A stretch of 32,000 nucleotides of DNA from Vibrio alginolyticus NBRC 15630 = ATCC 17749 (GTDB taxonomy: Bacteria > Pseudomonadota > Gammaproteobacteria > Enterobacterales > Vibrionaceae). Within the stretch, counting starts at the first letter, position 1, and each line of letters begins with the position of its first letter. Below the pieces are notes generated by a model that was not told the DNA's origin, made no database searches, and saw nothing but the letters and a program-made list of their open reading frames with translations. The translations under genes were made by a program, and so were the position numbers. This document shows, in pieces, positions 1 through 9,012 of this stretch. Where the stretch lies: assembly GCF_000354175.2 (NCBI RefSeq), contig NC_022349.1, forward strand, positions 1,680,001 to 1,712,000, in the 5' to 3' direction.

Positions 1-178
1 ATTAACACCATTTCTGCATGTGAGCGAGATCTCCGAACCTAGAAAACAAGCAGGAAACGTATATTTAAAAAGGACCAGCAGGTTAGTAATCACCAACACT
101 TATTATTAACAAGGATATAAACTGCGACGCATATCAACGTTTATTTTTTGGCCCAATGCTGGTTAAAATTAGCCAAAA

Positions 179-223
179 TAACGTTTATAACGGAGAGCTC
201 AGAGATTTTAACGTTTTTAACGG
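179..223 (+). promoter_or_regulatory. Two 15-bp direct repeats (four TAACG pentamers) in the chb promoter region; candidate ChiS operator
   Basis: TAACGTTTATAACGG (179-193) and TAACGTTTTTAACGG (209-223) differ at 1 base and lie exactly 30 bp apart. TAACG pentamers start at 179, 188, 209 and 218. The repeats sit about 190 bp upstream of the cbp ATG. Assignment to ChiS is inference from the known direct activation of Pchb by ChiS in V. cholerae. Confidence 0.4.
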
Positions 224-412
224 GAATCAAGTTTGATTATTTTATGGATAAGGTGTTTTCTTACTCCTGCCTAAGGCCTACAGGCCACTCTTGGCGAAAC
301 TCAATGTTGTAATGAGTAAGGCATGTACAAGAGGTAGGTCTTAGAGAGTGTTTATCAATTGATGACATTCAATTCCATTTAGTGAAATGAAAGCAAATAG
401 TAAGGAACAGCT

Positions 413-2095
413 ATGCTTGCCAATATTAAAAAAACAGCACTAGCAACAGCAATTATTGCAACGGCTACTACAGGTTTTGCATCGGTAGCTACTGCGGCTG
501 AACGCAGTGAACTGACTATCCACCCTAAAGAGTTTACAACTTTCGTTCGTAACTTTAACCCTTTCTTGGGTGCAACTAACCTGCACACAACAACCGACTT
601 TATTTACGAGCCGCTCGTTGTTTTTAACGAAATGCACGGTAACACGCCTGTATTTCGTCTAGCAGAAAACTTTACCATGGCTGATGACCTGATGAGCGTA
701 ACCTTCGATATCCGTAAGGGCGTAAAATGGTCTGATGGCAAAGCGTTTACCGCTGATGATGTTGTTTATTCTTTCAACCTAGTTAAAGAGAAGCCAGAGC
801 TAGACCAATCTGGTATCAACTCTTGGGTGACTGGCGTAGAAAAAGTTAACGACTACCAAGTTAAATTCCGTCTAAGCGAAGCAAACTCAAACGTTCCTTA
901 CGAAATTGCGAAAGTACCAGTCGTACCTAAGCACGTATGGAGCAAAGTAAAAGATCCAGCAACATTCACAAACGAAAATCCAGTAGGCAGTGGTCCATTT
1001 ACTGAAATCGACACTTTCACACCGCAGCTATATATCCAGTGTGAGAACCCGAATTATTGGGATGCTGACAACCTAGATGTAGATTGTCTGCGTGTGCCAC
1101 AAATCGCGAACAACGACCAATTCTTGGGCAAAATCGTTAACGGCGAAATGGACTGGACGTCTTCATTCGTACCAGACATCGACCGTACGTACGCTGCAGC
1201 AAGTCCGAATCACCACTACTGGTACCCACCAGCGGGTACTCAAGCATTTGTAGTGAACTTCAAAAACCCAGACGCTGCGAAAAACGAAGCACTAACTAAC
1301 GTTGACTTCCGTCGTGCGTTCTCTATGGCGCTAGACCGTCAAACTATCATTGATATCGCTTTCTACGGCGGCGGTACAGTGAACGACTTCGCATCTGGCC
1401 TTGGCTACGCATTCGAAGCTTGGTCTGATGAAGAGACGCACAACAAGTACAAAGGCTACAACACATACAACGCGGAAGGTGCGAAAAAGCTTCTAGCTAA
1501 AGCTGGCTTCAAAGATGTAAACAAAGATGGCTTTGTGGATACACCATCTGGCAAGTCTTTCGAGCTTCTAATTCAATCACCAAACGGTTGGACTGACTTC
1601 AACAACACAGTACAACTAGCCGTTGAGCAACTAGCAGAAGTGGGCATTAAAGCTCGTGCTCGTACACCGGACTTCTCGGTATACAACCAAGCAATGCTAG
1701 AAGGTACTTACGACGTTGCTTACACCAACTACTTCCACGGTGCAGATCCACACTTGTACTGGGATAGTGGCTACAACTCGAAGCTACAAGCTGGTGACGG
1801 CATGCCTCGCTTTGCAATGCACTTCTACAAGAACGATAAGCTAGACGGTCTTCTTAACAGCTTCTACAAGACAGCAGATAAGCAAGAACAGCTAGAGATC
1901 GCTCATGGCATTCAGAAGATCATTGCTCAGGACCAAGTAACTATTCCTGTGCTATCTGGCGCGTACATGTACCAATACAACACAACTCGCTTCACTGGTT
2001 GGTGGAACGAAGAAAACCCTAAGGGCCGTCCAAACATTTGGGCAGGTATCCCAGAGCGTCTACTTCACGTACTGGACCTAAAACCAGTTAAATAA
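413..2095 (+). CDS. cbp: Periplasmic chitin-oligosaccharide / (GlcNAc)n binding protein, family-5 (Opp/Dpp-type) ABC solute-binding protein
   Basis: 560-aa ORF with an AAGGA RBS 6 nt upstream of the ATG. It has a Sec signal peptide (hydrophobic core, ...ASVATAA/ERS). Full-length resemblance to Vibrio CBP. It is the first gene of a cluster with cognate permeases, ATPases and GlcNAc2 catabolic enzymes. Confidence 0.95.
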   Translation: MLANIKKTALATAIIATATTGFASVATAAERSELTIHPKEFTTFVRNFNPFLGATNLHTTTDFIYEPLVVFNEMHGNTPVFRLAENFTMADDLMSVTFDIRKGVKWSDGKAFTADDVVYSFNLVKEKPELDQSGINSWVTGVEKVNDYQVKFRLSEANSNVPYEIAKVPVVPKHVWSKVKDPATFTNENPVGSGPFTEIDTFTPQLYIQCENPNYWDADNLDVDCLRVPQIANNDQFLGKIVNGEMDWTSSFVPDIDRTYAAASPNHHYWYPPAGTQAFVVNFKNPDAAKNEALTNVDFRRAFSMALDRQTIIDIAFYGGGTVNDFASGLGYAFEAWSDEETHNKYKGYNTYNAEGAKKLLAKAGFKDVNKDGFVDTPSGKSFELLIQSPNGWTDFNNTVQLAVEQLAEVGIKARARTPDFSVYNQAMLEGTYDVAYTNYFHGADPHLYWDSGYNSKLQAGDGMPRFAMHFYKNDKLDGLLNSFYKTADKQEQLEIAHGIQKIIAQDQVTIPVLSGAYMYQYNTTRFTGWWNEENPKGRPNIWAGIPERLLHVLDLKPVK

Positions 2096-2112
2096 GTAGA
2101 AGTTCATTTCAA

Positions 2113-2135
2113 GCGGCATACATCCCGTGTGCCGC
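2113..2135 (+). other. Intercistronic stem-loop after the binding-protein gene
   Basis: GCGGCA (2113-2118) pairs with TGCCGC (2130-2135), with no U-tract. A second long-range pairing joins AAAAATCCC (2140-2148) to GGGATTTTT (2185-2193). This pattern is typical of mRNA-stabilising or attenuating structures after ABC binding-protein genes. Confidence 0.4.
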
Positions 2136-2264
2136 CTATAAAAATCCCTTGTTAACGAAACCAATATGTGGCGCTCGTCGTCAGGGGATTTTTCGCTCTA
2201 AATTTCGCTAGGAGCGACCTGAAACCAGAAACAGGGAAAAATCTGGGTGAGTAAGGTGTGAGTT

Positions 2265-3251
2265 ATGGGTTATTTTTTAAGACGTTTGTCGTTCTATCTT
2301 GTCGCGCTCTTAGTTGCAGCGACGTTAAACTTTATTATTCCGCGAGCAATGCCTGGTGACCCAGTTACCATGATGTTTGCTAATGCTTCAGTACAGGTGA
2401 CTCCAGAACGAATCGCAGCAATGAAAGAACTGCTCGGTTTCGTTGATGGGCCAATTTACATTCAGTACTTCTCGTACATTAAAAACATTCTAAGTTGGGA
2501 ATTGGGCACCTCAATCCAGTTCTACCCACTTTCAGTTAATTCTTTACTAGGTAGTGCATTTGGCTGGTCACTATTTCTAGCTGGTACTGCGGTTGTACTT
2601 TCTTTCTCCATCGCTTCTGTCCTTGGTATTTTTGCCGCCTGGAAGCGCGGTAGTAAGTACGATGCATTCGTAACGCCTGGCACATTGATCATTCAAGCTA
2701 TTCCACAAATGGTTATCGCAATGTTAGCGCTGTTTACCTTTGCGATTGGCCTGAAATGGTTCCCATCTGGCTATGCTTACACGCCAGGTACTATTCCTGA
2801 TTGGACAAGCTGGGAGTTCATCAAGAACGTGGGTTACCACGCTGTACTACCTCTATTCTGTGCAACCATCGTTCAAATTGGTGGCTTCCTAGTTAACATG
2901 CGTAACAACATGATCAACCTTCTCGCCGAAGACTATATCACGATGGCTAAAGGTAAAGGGCTGAGTGAAAACCGCGTCGTCTTTAATTACGCCGCACGTA
3001 ACGCACTACTTCCAAGTGTTACCGCACTGTCTATGTCTTTAGGTATGGCCATTGGAGGTCAATTAATCATCGAGATGATTTTCAACTACCCAGGCCTAGG
3101 TACTGTTCTATTGAACGCAATTCACGCTCGTGACTACCAAGTACTTCAAGGTCAGTTAATTATCATGACGATGTTCATGCTGTGCTTCAACTTAATGGCT
3201 GACATGCTGTACATGATTCTAGACCCTCGCCTACGTACGGGAGGCAAATAA
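2265..3251 (+). CDS. Chitobiose ABC transporter permease (DppB/OppB-type)
   Basis: 328 aa, multi-pass hydrophobic protein. It has the binding-protein-dependent permease EAA-type loop (MAKGKGLSENRVVFNYAARNALLP). RBS TAAGGTG lies upstream. Confidence 0.93.
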   Translation: MGYFLRRLSFYLVALLVAATLNFIIPRAMPGDPVTMMFANASVQVTPERIAAMKELLGFVDGPIYIQYFSYIKNILSWELGTSIQFYPLSVNSLLGSAFGWSLFLAGTAVVLSFSIASVLGIFAAWKRGSKYDAFVTPGTLIIQAIPQMVIAMLALFTFAIGLKWFPSGYAYTPGTIPDWTSWEFIKNVGYHAVLPLFCATIVQIGGFLVNMRNNMINLLAEDYITMAKGKGLSENRVVFNYAARNALLPSVTALSMSLGMAIGGQLIIEMIFNYPGLGTVLLNAIHARDYQVLQGQLIIMTMFMLCFNLMADMLYMILDPRLRTGGK

Positions 3252-3253
3252 TC

Positions 3254-4279
3254 ATGAAAGAACTATTCAAACTTATTTTAGGTAACGCATTTGCTCGCAT
3301 TGGTCTTGGCATTGTTACGCTGTTCGTGTTCGTTGCGATTGCCGCTCCTTTACTTACAAAGCATGCGCCAGACAAGCGAACCGGTAACCCACACGAATAC
3401 CCAAGCTTTGTTGTAAAACAGGCACAAAACAACCCTGATGGTTGGGTCGCTAAAAACCTAGCAGACGATCGTCGTACACTGCTTATATCTAAAAAGGCCG
3501 ACCACGTATTAGGTACTAGCCGAATGGGTCGCGATATCTGGTCGCAGGTGGCTTACGGTGCACGAGTATCACTGGGTGTAGGCTTTGGTGCTGGCATCAT
3601 CGTGTGTTTCTTAGCAACAGTCATTGGTATATCGGCAGGTTACTTCGGCGGTAAAGTGGATGACATATTGAGTGCCGCAATGAACATCATGTTAGTAATT
3701 CCGCAGTATCCATTGCTATTCGTGCTGGCGGCCTTTATCGGTGAAGCAGGCCCACTCACCATTGCCTTGATTATCGCTGGTACTTCTTGGGCATGGGGTG
3801 CACGTGTTGTCCGCTCTCAAACTATGGCACTACGCGAGAAAGAGTTCGTTAAAGCTGCCGAAGTATTGGGAGAGTCTTCATTCCGTATCATCTTCGTTGA
3901 GATTTTACCAAACCTTATCCCGATTGTCGGTGCGAGCTTCATTGGCTCAGTAATGCTGGCGATCAACACTGAAGCGGTCATTTCGTTCCTAGGTTTGGGT
4001 GATGCCAACACGATCAGTTGGGGCATCATGCTTTACAACGTGCAAACCTCATCAGCCATGCTGATTGGCGCATGGTGGGAAGTCCTAGCACCGTGTATTG
4101 CCCTAACACTACTGGTTACTGGTCTTGCTCTGTTGAACTTTGCCGTTGACGAAATTGCGAACCCTCAACTTCGTTCTCACAAAGGCATGAAACGCTGGAA
4201 AAAACTAGCAGCAAAAGACAAGAAAGAACGTGAGCCTGAACTGGCACCACAAAATGCACTATGGAGCGGAGATAAATAA
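3254..4279 (+). CDS. Chitobiose ABC transporter permease (DppC/OppC-type)
   Basis: 341 aa. It starts 2 nt after the preceding stop. It is hydrophobic with the loop FVKAAEVLGESSFRIIFVEILPNLIP. Confidence 0.93.
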   Translation: MKELFKLILGNAFARIGLGIVTLFVFVAIAAPLLTKHAPDKRTGNPHEYPSFVVKQAQNNPDGWVAKNLADDRRTLLISKKADHVLGTSRMGRDIWSQVAYGARVSLGVGFGAGIIVCFLATVIGISAGYFGGKVDDILSAAMNIMLVIPQYPLLFVLAAFIGEAGPLTIALIIAGTSWAWGARVVRSQTMALREKEFVKAAEVLGESSFRIIFVEILPNLIPIVGASFIGSVMLAINTEAVISFLGLGDANTISWGIMLYNVQTSSAMLIGAWWEVLAPCIALTLLVTGLALLNFAVDEIANPQLRSHKGMKRWKKLAAKDKKEREPELAPQNALWSGDK

Positions 4280-4281
4280 TC

Positions 4282-5265
4282 ATGACTGCACCACTAATTT
4301 CCATCCGTAACCTATGCGTAGACTACATCACAGACGCGGGCGATGTCCGCGCCTGTAACAATGTGAGCTTCGACATTGCACCAGGTGAAGTATTCGGTCT
4401 GGCTGGTGAATCTGGCTGTGGCAAATCCACTGTTGCCTTCTCACTAATGCGCCTTCATAAGCCGCCCGCGTTTATCACAGGTGGTGAGGTGATCTTCAAC
4501 GGTGAAGATATCCTTCAGTACAGCGATGATCGCATGCAAGCGTTCCGCTGGAGTGAAATGTCGATGGTATTCCAGAGTGCGATGAACGCTTTGAACCCTG
4601 TTCTAACCATGGAAGAGCAGTTCTGTGACGTCATCATGCGTCATACCAATATGACTCGCGCTCAAGCAAAAACACGCGCTGAAGGTCTGCTGGAAATCGT
4701 TGATATCCACCCTAGCCGATTGAGTGATTACCCGCACCAGTTCTCTGGTGGTATGCGTCAACGTCTAGTAATCGCAATCGCTTTGGCTCTGAACCCAAAA
4801 ATGATCATCATGGACGAACCGACTACCGCATTGGATGTAGTGGTTCAACGTGAAATTCTACAAAAAATTTACGCGCTTAAAGAAGAGTTTGGTTTCTCAA
4901 TTCTGTTCATCACACATGACTTGTCATTGATGGTCGAGTTCTCGGATCGTATCGGCATCATGTACTCAGGTGAGTTGATTGAAGTCGCGCCTTCTAAGCA
5001 AATTCTGGAAAGTCCTTACCACCCTTACACCAAAGGTTTGGGTAGCTCTTTCCCTCCACTAACTGGACCAAAGACCAAATTGACTGGTATTCCAGGTAAC
5101 CCGTTGAACTTGCTAGAAGTACCACGGGGCTGCCGCTTCCAAGCTCGTTGCGATCGCGTACATGAAGCATGTACACGTGTACCAACCCAATTACGTCAAA
5201 TTGAACCAGGTCGCCTCTCAAATTGCCATTTGTACGGCGACACCATTGCTCAAGCTAAGGTTTAA
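4282..5265 (+). CDS. Chitobiose ABC transporter ATP-binding protein (DppD/OppD-type)
   Basis: 327 aa. Walker A is GESGCGKST, the signature is FSGGMRQR and Walker B is IIMDEPTTALD. The C-terminal oligopeptide-transporter domain carries Cys residues (RGCRFQARC). Confidence 0.95.
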   Translation: MTAPLISIRNLCVDYITDAGDVRACNNVSFDIAPGEVFGLAGESGCGKSTVAFSLMRLHKPPAFITGGEVIFNGEDILQYSDDRMQAFRWSEMSMVFQSAMNALNPVLTMEEQFCDVIMRHTNMTRAQAKTRAEGLLEIVDIHPSRLSDYPHQFSGGMRQRLVIAIALALNPKMIIMDEPTTALDVVVQREILQKIYALKEEFGFSILFITHDLSLMVEFSDRIGIMYSGELIEVAPSKQILESPYHPYTKGLGSSFPPLTGPKTKLTGIPGNPLNLLEVPRGCRFQARCDRVHEACTRVPTQLRQIEPGRLSNCHLYGDTIAQAKV

Positions 5266-5312
5266 CAACAAAAAAACGCTAGCTAAGAACAAAAATTACA
5301 CTGGAGAGAATT

Positions 5313-6308
5313 ATGAGCAAACAATTCGGCGAACTGCTGATTGAGGGTAAAAATGTCGTTAAGGACTTCCCTTTAAACAGTAACTCAATCAAACAATCTA
5401 AGATGCGCGCAATCAACGACGTCTCTTTCAAAATGTACAAGAGCCGCGGCTTGTCAGTGGTAGGTGAATCTGGTTCAGGTAAGTCTACTACTGCAAAAAT
5501 GATTGCAAAAATGTACGCACCAACCGATGGCATCATTGAATACAAAGGTCGTGATATCCAAGACATCACCTCTCGTCACGATTTAATGACCTACCGTGAA
5601 GGTGTACAAATGGTGTGGCAAGACCCGTTTGGCTCGCTAAACCCAACGCACAATATCTTCCACCATATTGCGCGCCCGCTGCTGATTCATAAGAAAGTAG
5701 CACCGGGCAACAAGAAAGAACTGGAAGAGCGTGTGTACGACCTACTTGAACAAGTTGGTCTTATTCCACCAAAAGAAACGGCGCAAAAGTTCCCGCACCA
5801 GCTATCTGGCGGTCAGCGTCAACGTGTAAACCTAGCTCGTAACATCGCAGTTGGTGCTGAAGTGGTATTGGCGGATGAGCCAACATCGATGCTCGATGTA
5901 TCAATCCGTGCCGGTGTTCTGAACTTGATGGAAGAGATGAAGTTCGAGAAACAAATGTCTCTGCTCTACATCACTCACGACATCGCAACAGCGCGTTACA
6001 TTGCTGAAGATCTTGCGGTCATGTACGTAGGTCACATGGTTGAATGGGGCGATACTGAAGAAATCATTCACGACCCTCAACACCCATATACGCAACTGTT
6101 GGTATCTGCGGTTCCAGATCCATCGAAGTCTATTCACGAGAAACTGAAAGGCAACAAAGGGGAAATCCCACTTTGGACACCAGAATCTGTCGGCTGTCCA
6201 TTTGCTGGACGTTGTGTACACGCTACCGACAAATGTCGCGAACGACTACCGGGCGTCACTCAACTGTCCGACAACCACTTTGTCCGCTGTTACTTATTTG
6301 AAGATTAA
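5313..6308 (+). CDS. Chitobiose ABC transporter ATP-binding protein (DppF/OppF-type)
   Basis: 331 aa. Walker A is GESGSGKST, the signature is LSGGQRQR and Walker B is VLADEPTSMLD. The C-terminal region contains GCPFAGRC. A GGAGAG RBS lies upstream. Confidence 0.95.
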   Translation: MSKQFGELLIEGKNVVKDFPLNSNSIKQSKMRAINDVSFKMYKSRGLSVVGESGSGKSTTAKMIAKMYAPTDGIIEYKGRDIQDITSRHDLMTYREGVQMVWQDPFGSLNPTHNIFHHIARPLLIHKKVAPGNKKELEERVYDLLEQVGLIPPKETAQKFPHQLSGGQRQRVNLARNIAVGAEVVLADEPTSMLDVSIRAGVLNLMEEMKFEKQMSLLYITHDIATARYIAEDLAVMYVGHMVEWGDTEEIIHDPQHPYTQLLVSAVPDPSKSIHEKLKGNKGEIPLWTPESVGCPFAGRCVHATDKCRERLPGVTQLSDNHFVRCYLFED

Positions 6309-6317
6309 TCATAACGA

Positions 6318-6350
6318 GGGTCAGGTTCAGCCTGGCCCATTCCTGTTTTT
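6318..6350 (+). terminator. Weak terminator-like hairpin between the transporter and enzyme genes (candidate intra-operon attenuator)
   Basis: GGGTCAGG (6318-6325) pairs with CCTGGCCC (6331-6338) including one G-U pair, with loop TTCAG. A T5 run (6346-6350) begins 7 nt after the stem, so this is not a canonical terminator. Confidence 0.3.
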
Positions 6351-6371
6351 ATCGTTTCCCGGAGACATTGA

Positions 6372-8111
6372 ATGCTGCTACTGACTAACCACATTGGTTA
6401 TGAACGTCTGGGCCCAAAGAAAGCCATTATCCAGACCGAACAACCACACTTGTCTTCTTACACTGCTCAATTGATTTGTGCCACTAGCGAGCAAACCGTG
6501 GCAACTTTTGCGGTTGAAGAACAAGGTAAAGTGGCGAACTGGCATCAGGGCTATTTCTACCTCATCGACTTTTCCTCTTTCACAGCGTCAGGCGACTATT
6601 TCTTGCAAGTAGAAGATACGCGATCTTCCTCTTTCATCGTTGGCGAACACATTCTGTTGGATCAAACTTTGTCAGATGTGATCCACTACTTCAAATCGCA
6701 ACGTTGCGGTGGGATCTTCGATCAACAAGATCGACAACTTCCAGTGCTAAACTCCAATAAAAAGGTTGATGTACACGGCGGCTGGTACGACGCATCAGGA
6801 GATGTTAGCAAGTATTTAAGTCACCTTTCATACGCGAATTATTTGAACCCTCAACAAACCCCAATGGTGGTTTGGAACATCCTAAAAGGGGTTTCATTGC
6901 TTGAAGGAAGCGAAGACATTGCAGCTTTCACACGTACACGTCTGATTGAAGAAGCCCTGTTCGGTGCAGACTTTCTTGTGCGTATGCAAAACGAAAAAGG
7001 CTTTTTCTACATGACAGTCTTTGACAAGTGGAGCAAAGATACTGCGCAACGCGAGATTTGCGCGTACGAAACTCAACTTGGTCACAAATTTGACGACTAT
7101 CAAGCAGGCTTTCGACAAGGTGGCGGTGTCGCCATTGCAGCGCTAGCGGCAGCGTCGCGTTTAAGTGTTCACGGTGAATACGATCAACAAAAATACCGCA
7201 ACGCTGCCGAAAATGGTTACTGGCACTTAAAAGAGCACAATACGCAGTACCTCAATGATGGGGAAGAAAACATTATCGACGAATACTGTGCGCTACTGGC
7301 TTGTGTAGAACTGTTTAAAGCAACCAAAGAAACTCGCTACTTGGAAGAGAGCCGTTTGTGGGCGCAACGTTTAGTTGCACGCCAAATGAGCGACGAGCAG
7401 ATTCAACACTTTTGGTCAGCAAACCAAGACGGCAGCCGTCCATATTTTCACGCAGCCGAAGCAGGTCTACCAGTTATTGCCCTATGCGAATATCTATCAA
7501 TTGAAGACGACTCAGCACGAGCGGAATCGGTAAAACGTATCGTAAACCTAGCGTGTGAGTTTGAGATCACAATATCGAATAAAGTGATCAACCCATTCGG
7601 TTACCCTCGCCAATATGTTAAAGGCGTAAATGAGTCAAAACGCGAGGCATTTTTTGTCGCACACAACAATGAATCCGGCTATTGGTGGCAAGGCGAGAAT
7701 GCTCGACTTGGCTCTCTCGCGACCATGGCGTACCTTGCTCAACCGCATATAGCGTCGCAAGAAGTACAGCAACAACTTTCTGTGTTTGCTCAAGATGCAT
7801 TGAACTGGGTTGTAGGCTTAAACCCATACGACATGTGCATGCTAGATGGCCATGGTCGTAACAACCCTGATTACCTCCCTCAATATGGTTTCTTCAACGC
7901 AAAAGGTGGCGTGTGTAACGGAATCACTGGCGGCTTTGAAGACGAGGAAGACATTGCATTTAACCCACCTGCACAAAAAGAAGACGTGTTACAAAACTGG
8001 CGCTGGGGCGAACAATGGATCCCGCATGGCGCTTGGTACTTACTCGCGATAATGAGTCAAGCTCAGCATGTTTCTCAGTTGGCGACCTCTAAAAATATGA
8101 AGGAAGAATAA
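6372..8111 (+). CDS. Cytoplasmic GH9 glycoside hydrolase of the chb operon (exo-beta-D-glucosaminidase / beta-glucosidase type, often annotated endoglucanase-related)
   Basis: 579 aa with no signal peptide. It carries the GH9 catalytic motif GGWYDASGD. A GGAG RBS lies at 6361-6364. Its position in the operon matches the Vibrionaceae chb GH9 gene. Confidence 0.9.
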   Translation: MLLLTNHIGYERLGPKKAIIQTEQPHLSSYTAQLICATSEQTVATFAVEEQGKVANWHQGYFYLIDFSSFTASGDYFLQVEDTRSSSFIVGEHILLDQTLSDVIHYFKSQRCGGIFDQQDRQLPVLNSNKKVDVHGGWYDASGDVSKYLSHLSYANYLNPQQTPMVVWNILKGVSLLEGSEDIAAFTRTRLIEEALFGADFLVRMQNEKGFFYMTVFDKWSKDTAQREICAYETQLGHKFDDYQAGFRQGGGVAIAALAAASRLSVHGEYDQQKYRNAAENGYWHLKEHNTQYLNDGEENIIDEYCALLACVELFKATKETRYLEESRLWAQRLVARQMSDEQIQHFWSANQDGSRPYFHAAEAGLPVIALCEYLSIEDDSARAESVKRIVNLACEFEITISNKVINPFGYPRQYVKGVNESKREAFFVAHNNESGYWWQGENARLGSLATMAYLAQPHIASQEVQQQLSVFAQDALNWVVGLNPYDMCMLDGHGRNNPDYLPQYGFFNAKGGVCNGITGGFEDEEDIAFNPPAQKEDVLQNWRWGEQWIPHGAWYLLAIMSQAQHVSQLATSKNMKEE

Positions 8112-8113
8112 TC

Positions 8114-9004
8114 ATGGGAATGTATTTTGTTGGTATCGATGGTGGCGGCACGTCATGTCGAGCCAGGATTAAAGATTCACAAGGTAATTTTCTTGGCGAG
8201 GCCAAAAGCGGCAGTGCCAACATCATGCTAGGTGCTGAAATAGCAATGGCTTCGATTCTTGAATCCATCACTTCGGCTACCGAGCAAGGCGGTCTAACAC
8301 AACAAGATTTCGCGTCGATGCACGTCGGCTTAGCCCTTGCTGGCGCAGAGCACAAAGCATCTTGGCAAGCCTTCATGTCTCTTCCTCATCCATTTGCCAG
8401 TATAACTCTGAATACCGATGCTTACGGTGCGTGCGTTGGTGCACACAATGGCGAAGATGGCGCAATCATGATTGCGGGAACCGGTTCTTGTGGCATCTAC
8501 CTTAAAGGATTGGAGCAACACGTTGTCGGTGGTCGTGAGTTCCCAATTTCGGATCAAGGTGGCGGCGCAGTGATGGGGCTACGCCTAGTTCAGCAAGTTT
8601 TGTTAGCTGAAGATGGCATCAGAGAAAAAACGCCCCTAGCACAACACGTTATGACGCATTTCGAAAATGAGGTCGACAACGTGGTGGCGTGGTCAAAACA
8701 GGCGCTTCCTCGTGATTATGGGCAGTTTTCTCCGGCTATTTTCCAACATGCGGAACAAGGCGATGCACTGGCCATTGAAATGCTGAAGCAAACCGCAGCG
8801 GATATAGAAATGTTTCTCGTGGCATTAAACAAGCGCGGCGCAACACGTATTTGTTTAATGGGCAGCATAGCTGAACGCATTGTACGTTGGCTTTCACCAC
8901 CAGTTCAGCAATGGATTGTTGAGCCACAGTTTGACGCGATTGAAGGCGCAATTATGTTTGCTGGCAAACCAGAACATAACCTTTACTCGCTCAGTGCGGC
9001 GTAG
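8114..9004 (+). CDS. N-acetylglucosamine kinase, BadF/BadG/BcrA/BcrD ATPase family
   Basis: 296 aa. The N-terminal phosphate-binding motif is FVGIDGGGTSCR and a second ASKHA motif is IMIAGTGSCG. It starts 2 nt after the GH9 stop. Confidence 0.9.
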   Translation: MGMYFVGIDGGGTSCRARIKDSQGNFLGEAKSGSANIMLGAEIAMASILESITSATEQGGLTQQDFASMHVGLALAGAEHKASWQAFMSLPHPFASITLNTDAYGACVGAHNGEDGAIMIAGTGSCGIYLKGLEQHVVGGREFPISDQGGGAVMGLRLVQQVLLAEDGIREKTPLAQHVMTHFENEVDNVVAWSKQALPRDYGQFSPAIFQHAEQGDALAIEMLKQTAADIEMFLVALNKRGATRICLMGSIAERIVRWLSPPVQQWIVEPQFDAIEGAIMFAGKPEHNLYSLSAA

Positions 9005-9012
9005 GAGTAGAT

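Noticed and set aside
19-34. CRP-like site TGTGAgcgagaTCTCC at the window edge
   Set aside because: It matches the TGTGA-N6-TCACA core at only 8 of 10 positions and has a poor second half-site. It lies about 380 bp from cbp and about 160 bp from the repeat array. It cannot be distinguished from chance without a PWM score or conservation data.
1-412. Possible start of a divergent upstream gene (for example the chitin sensor gene) at the left edge, minus strand ATGGTGTTAAT reading out of the window
   Set aside because: Only about 12 nt would lie inside the window, so no assessment of coding potential or identity is possible.
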